Translations under genes and position numbers: made by a program
Origin: Paraspadella gotoi
Lineage: Eukaryota; Animalia; Chaetognatha
Direction of reading: 5' to 3'
Length of the DNA stretch: 11,253 bases
Assembly (NCBI GenBank): GCA_051294375.1
Contig: JBJCIZ010000860.1
Coordinates: 1 to 11,253, forward strand
In this document: piece after piece, positions 9,417-11,253 of the stretch
How the letters are laid out: each line of letters opens with the position of its first letter
How positions within the stretch are numbered: the stretch's first letter is position 1
The notes under the pieces: generated by a model
What the model was told of the DNA's origin: nothing
Database searches by the model: none
Seen by the model: only the letters and a program-made list of their open reading frames with translations

Positions 9417-9522
9417 ATGTCGCGAGGAAAGCAATATAGCGCTGGCGCCGTTCTCGTCGCGGCTCTCTTCTTAGTCGGTGTGTCTCAAATCGCTCATGGA
9501 TTTCCTGCTGAAGAAATTCCAG
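9417..9522 (+). CDS. Coding exon 1: signal peptide + short linker
   Basis: Basic N-region (RGK), hydrophobic core [12 protein letters not shown], probable A-H-G|F cleavage; donor AG|GTAAAG at 9523. An in-frame ATG at 9396 is an alternative start. Confidence 0.82.
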
Positions 9523-10355
9523 GTAAAGAGCGACTCGTCAATCAGTGGGCCTTTTTTTCTCCCAGAATACCCCATTAAATCGTAATAAGGTTAATTTTTT
9601 AAGTTTAATATTAGCTTAGAATTAATATTAATATTATTAATATTATTATTATTATATATATTATTAATATTAATAAAATTAATATTAGTTAAGAACTGAG
9701 GTTTAAGTTAAGAGATTTTACTGAGAGAGAAATGACTGTTAGGCAATAATGAAAATGTCTTAACCCTTAAGCAATCAATGCTTGCTCGAGCAACCCGTGC
9801 CAAAACAGCGGCACTTGCCTAATCAGAAGAACTGGATACAAATGCCGATGCCTTACAGCATACTTTGGAGAAAAATGCGAGAAAAGTAAGTTCATATATA
9901 ATTCGACTAAAGTTTCAATATTGTACAATTCTTACTATAGTTTTTGTAAATCTGAACCTCTAATTAATTTTTTCCGGTATTTTTGATATAATAAAAACAA
10001 GTCATTATGATAATTTGGATGAAATATTATGAAATTTTCTTTTTTTTTCGTCCAGCGCAATGCTACACAGGAAATGGAAAGGACTATCGAGGTGTTATGT
10101 CATACACAAGGAGTGGCTTCGAATGTCAACCGTGGAGCGAATCTCCTTCGAGCACTAACAACCCAAGAAGGTAAGTTTTTGAAATCTATTTAATCCTTCA
10201 GCAGAGTGAGGCTGACAAAAAATTCATGTAACTTTATTTTCAGTAAACCAAATGCTGGTCTAGACGAGAACTACTGCAGAAATCCAGACAATGATGATCG
10301 TCCTTGGTGCTACACAAGGAAATTTTGGGATTACTGCCTCGTTCCTAAATGCTGA
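9417..10355 (+). CDS. Secreted EGF-kringle protein, 148 aa, join(9417..9522,9772..9885,10056..10170,10244..10355)
   Basis: Exons of 106+114+115+112 = 447 nt splice in frame over GT-AG introns (phases 1,1,2): [148 protein letters not shown]. Confidence 0.9.
9772..9885 (+). CDS. Coding exon 2: EGF-like domain (phase 1-1)
   Basis: [12 protein letters not shown]...YKCRC...YFGEKCE has six Cys with EGF spacing; acceptor TTAAG| and donor |GTAAGT. Confidence 0.92.
10056..10170 (+). CDS. Coding exon 3: kringle N-terminal half
   Basis: [11 protein letters not shown]...[10 protein letters not shown] motif; polypyrimidine + CCAG acceptor; AG|GTAAGT donor. Confidence 0.95.
10244..10355 (+). CDS. Coding exon 4: kringle C-terminal half + stop
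   Basis: [20 protein letters not shown]...WDYCLVPKC kringle signature; TTTTCAG acceptor; TGA at 10353-10355. Confidence 0.95.
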
Positions 10356-10552
10356 GAAGTGGGCAACTTTGTTTTTCGACATTTTTAAAAATGAAAGTGA
10401 AAAATATTAGGTTTGAGAAGAAGATGTGTTTTAAAAATGCCTCTCTTTTTAAAAGGCCTTTCTTTTTGTTAAAATTATTTCCAGTTTTATTTTGAAATAT
10501 TAGTTAATTATTTTGCTAAGGGTAATGCGAAAGTAGATCGAATTTTCATGGT

Positions 10553-10558
10553 AATAAA
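10553..10558 (+). promoter_or_regulatory. Candidate polyadenylation signal
   Basis: First AATAAA, ~200 nt after the stop; could arise by chance in AT-rich DNA. Confidence 0.35.
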
Positions 10559-10933
10559 ATGAGAATATATGTCATAAATCAAATTGAAATGGATGTCTTT
10601 TAAATGCACACTTGAACATAGTCTTGCAAGTAATAACTTTTGTAACCATTAATATCTTATACATCAATATAAAAGGCTTTTTGTATGCAGACTTACTATT
10701 AATACTTGTTTGTTTTCCCATGGCAAGAGTAAAATTTTAATTGTCTTGCCTCTTTATGTTATGTAATGTACAATTAATTTTGAATTTGATAAAAAGTTAC
10801 ATGTTTCAAATAATATTGCCGTTCGTTTTATTAGGTCATGGTATACACAACAATAGTGTTAAATAGAATTAAACAGAAAAAAATGTAAAAACAAAATTTA
10901 GGGCTTTGTCAACAATCATACAGTTTTGAGATC

Positions 10934-10959
10934 AAGCACCAAGCACCAAGCACCAAGCA
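10934..10959 (+). repeat. (AAGCACC) x ~3.7 short tandem repeat
   Basis: AAGCACCAAGCACCAAGCACCAAGCA read directly. Confidence 0.85.
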
Positions 10960-11253
10960 AAAAGAAAAGAAAATATATTGTCGTTCAAGAAAAGATCAAC
11001 GTCCTCGTTACTAGTATTATTTACTAAAAAGGCGCAGTTTGGTTATTTATTTTTATTAATTAATCAATTAATAATTAATAATTTTATTAAAGAGACTACG
11101 ATATTTCGAAGGCTCCTCTCTTCAAAAAAGGGCATAAAGATATCCATAGCCGATGAAATTTAAATGCTAATGTATACAACGTTAAAATAATTTATTATGG
11201 TGGACTAAAATAGACCAACCGTTCATCAGCGGCCATTGGTGCCGGAGGCGAGT

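Noticed and set aside
9523-9578. 3' part of ORF 9396-9578
   Set aside because: Read-through into intron 1 past the GT donor at 9523.
9605-9695. Quasi-palindromic AT tract in intron 1
   Set aside because: Low-complexity TAA/ATT sequence is self-complementary by composition.
9417-10355. Naming the gene PLAU/PLAT/PLG/HGF
   Set aside because: No protease, finger or PAN domain, and orthology cannot be shown from the sequence alone.
10350-10388. TGC-TGA as Cys-Sec or readthrough (C-U-EVGNFVFRHF*), or a GT donor at 10359
   Set aside because: No SECIS-like hairpin recognised in the AT-rich 3' region; the kringle already has all six Cys; the GT lies after the stop.

Overview
AT-rich, microsatellite-laden eukaryotic (probably invertebrate animal) genomic DNA; the species cannot be named from the sequence. 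About 1-9.2 kb is a nest of non-coding repeats and non-autonomous transposons. It holds two families of DINE-1/pearl-like Helentron-associated (HINE-type) elements, recognised by a terminal hairpin, (CCGT)n-type microsatellite, ~160-185 bp central repeats and a subTIR + CTTGTT end. A ~3.2 kb element with ~300 bp imperfect terminal inverted repeats sits inside one central repeat, and there is also an 18-bp minisatellite and a 55-bp higher-order satellite. The only convincing gene is spliced and mostly missed by the ORF track: four + strand exons (9417-9522, 9772-9885, 10056-10170, 10244-10355) encoding a 148-aa secreted protein. It consists of signal peptide + one EGF + one kringle and stops right after the last kringle cysteine, like a urokinase amino-terminal fragment with no protease domain. 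All alignments were done by eye.
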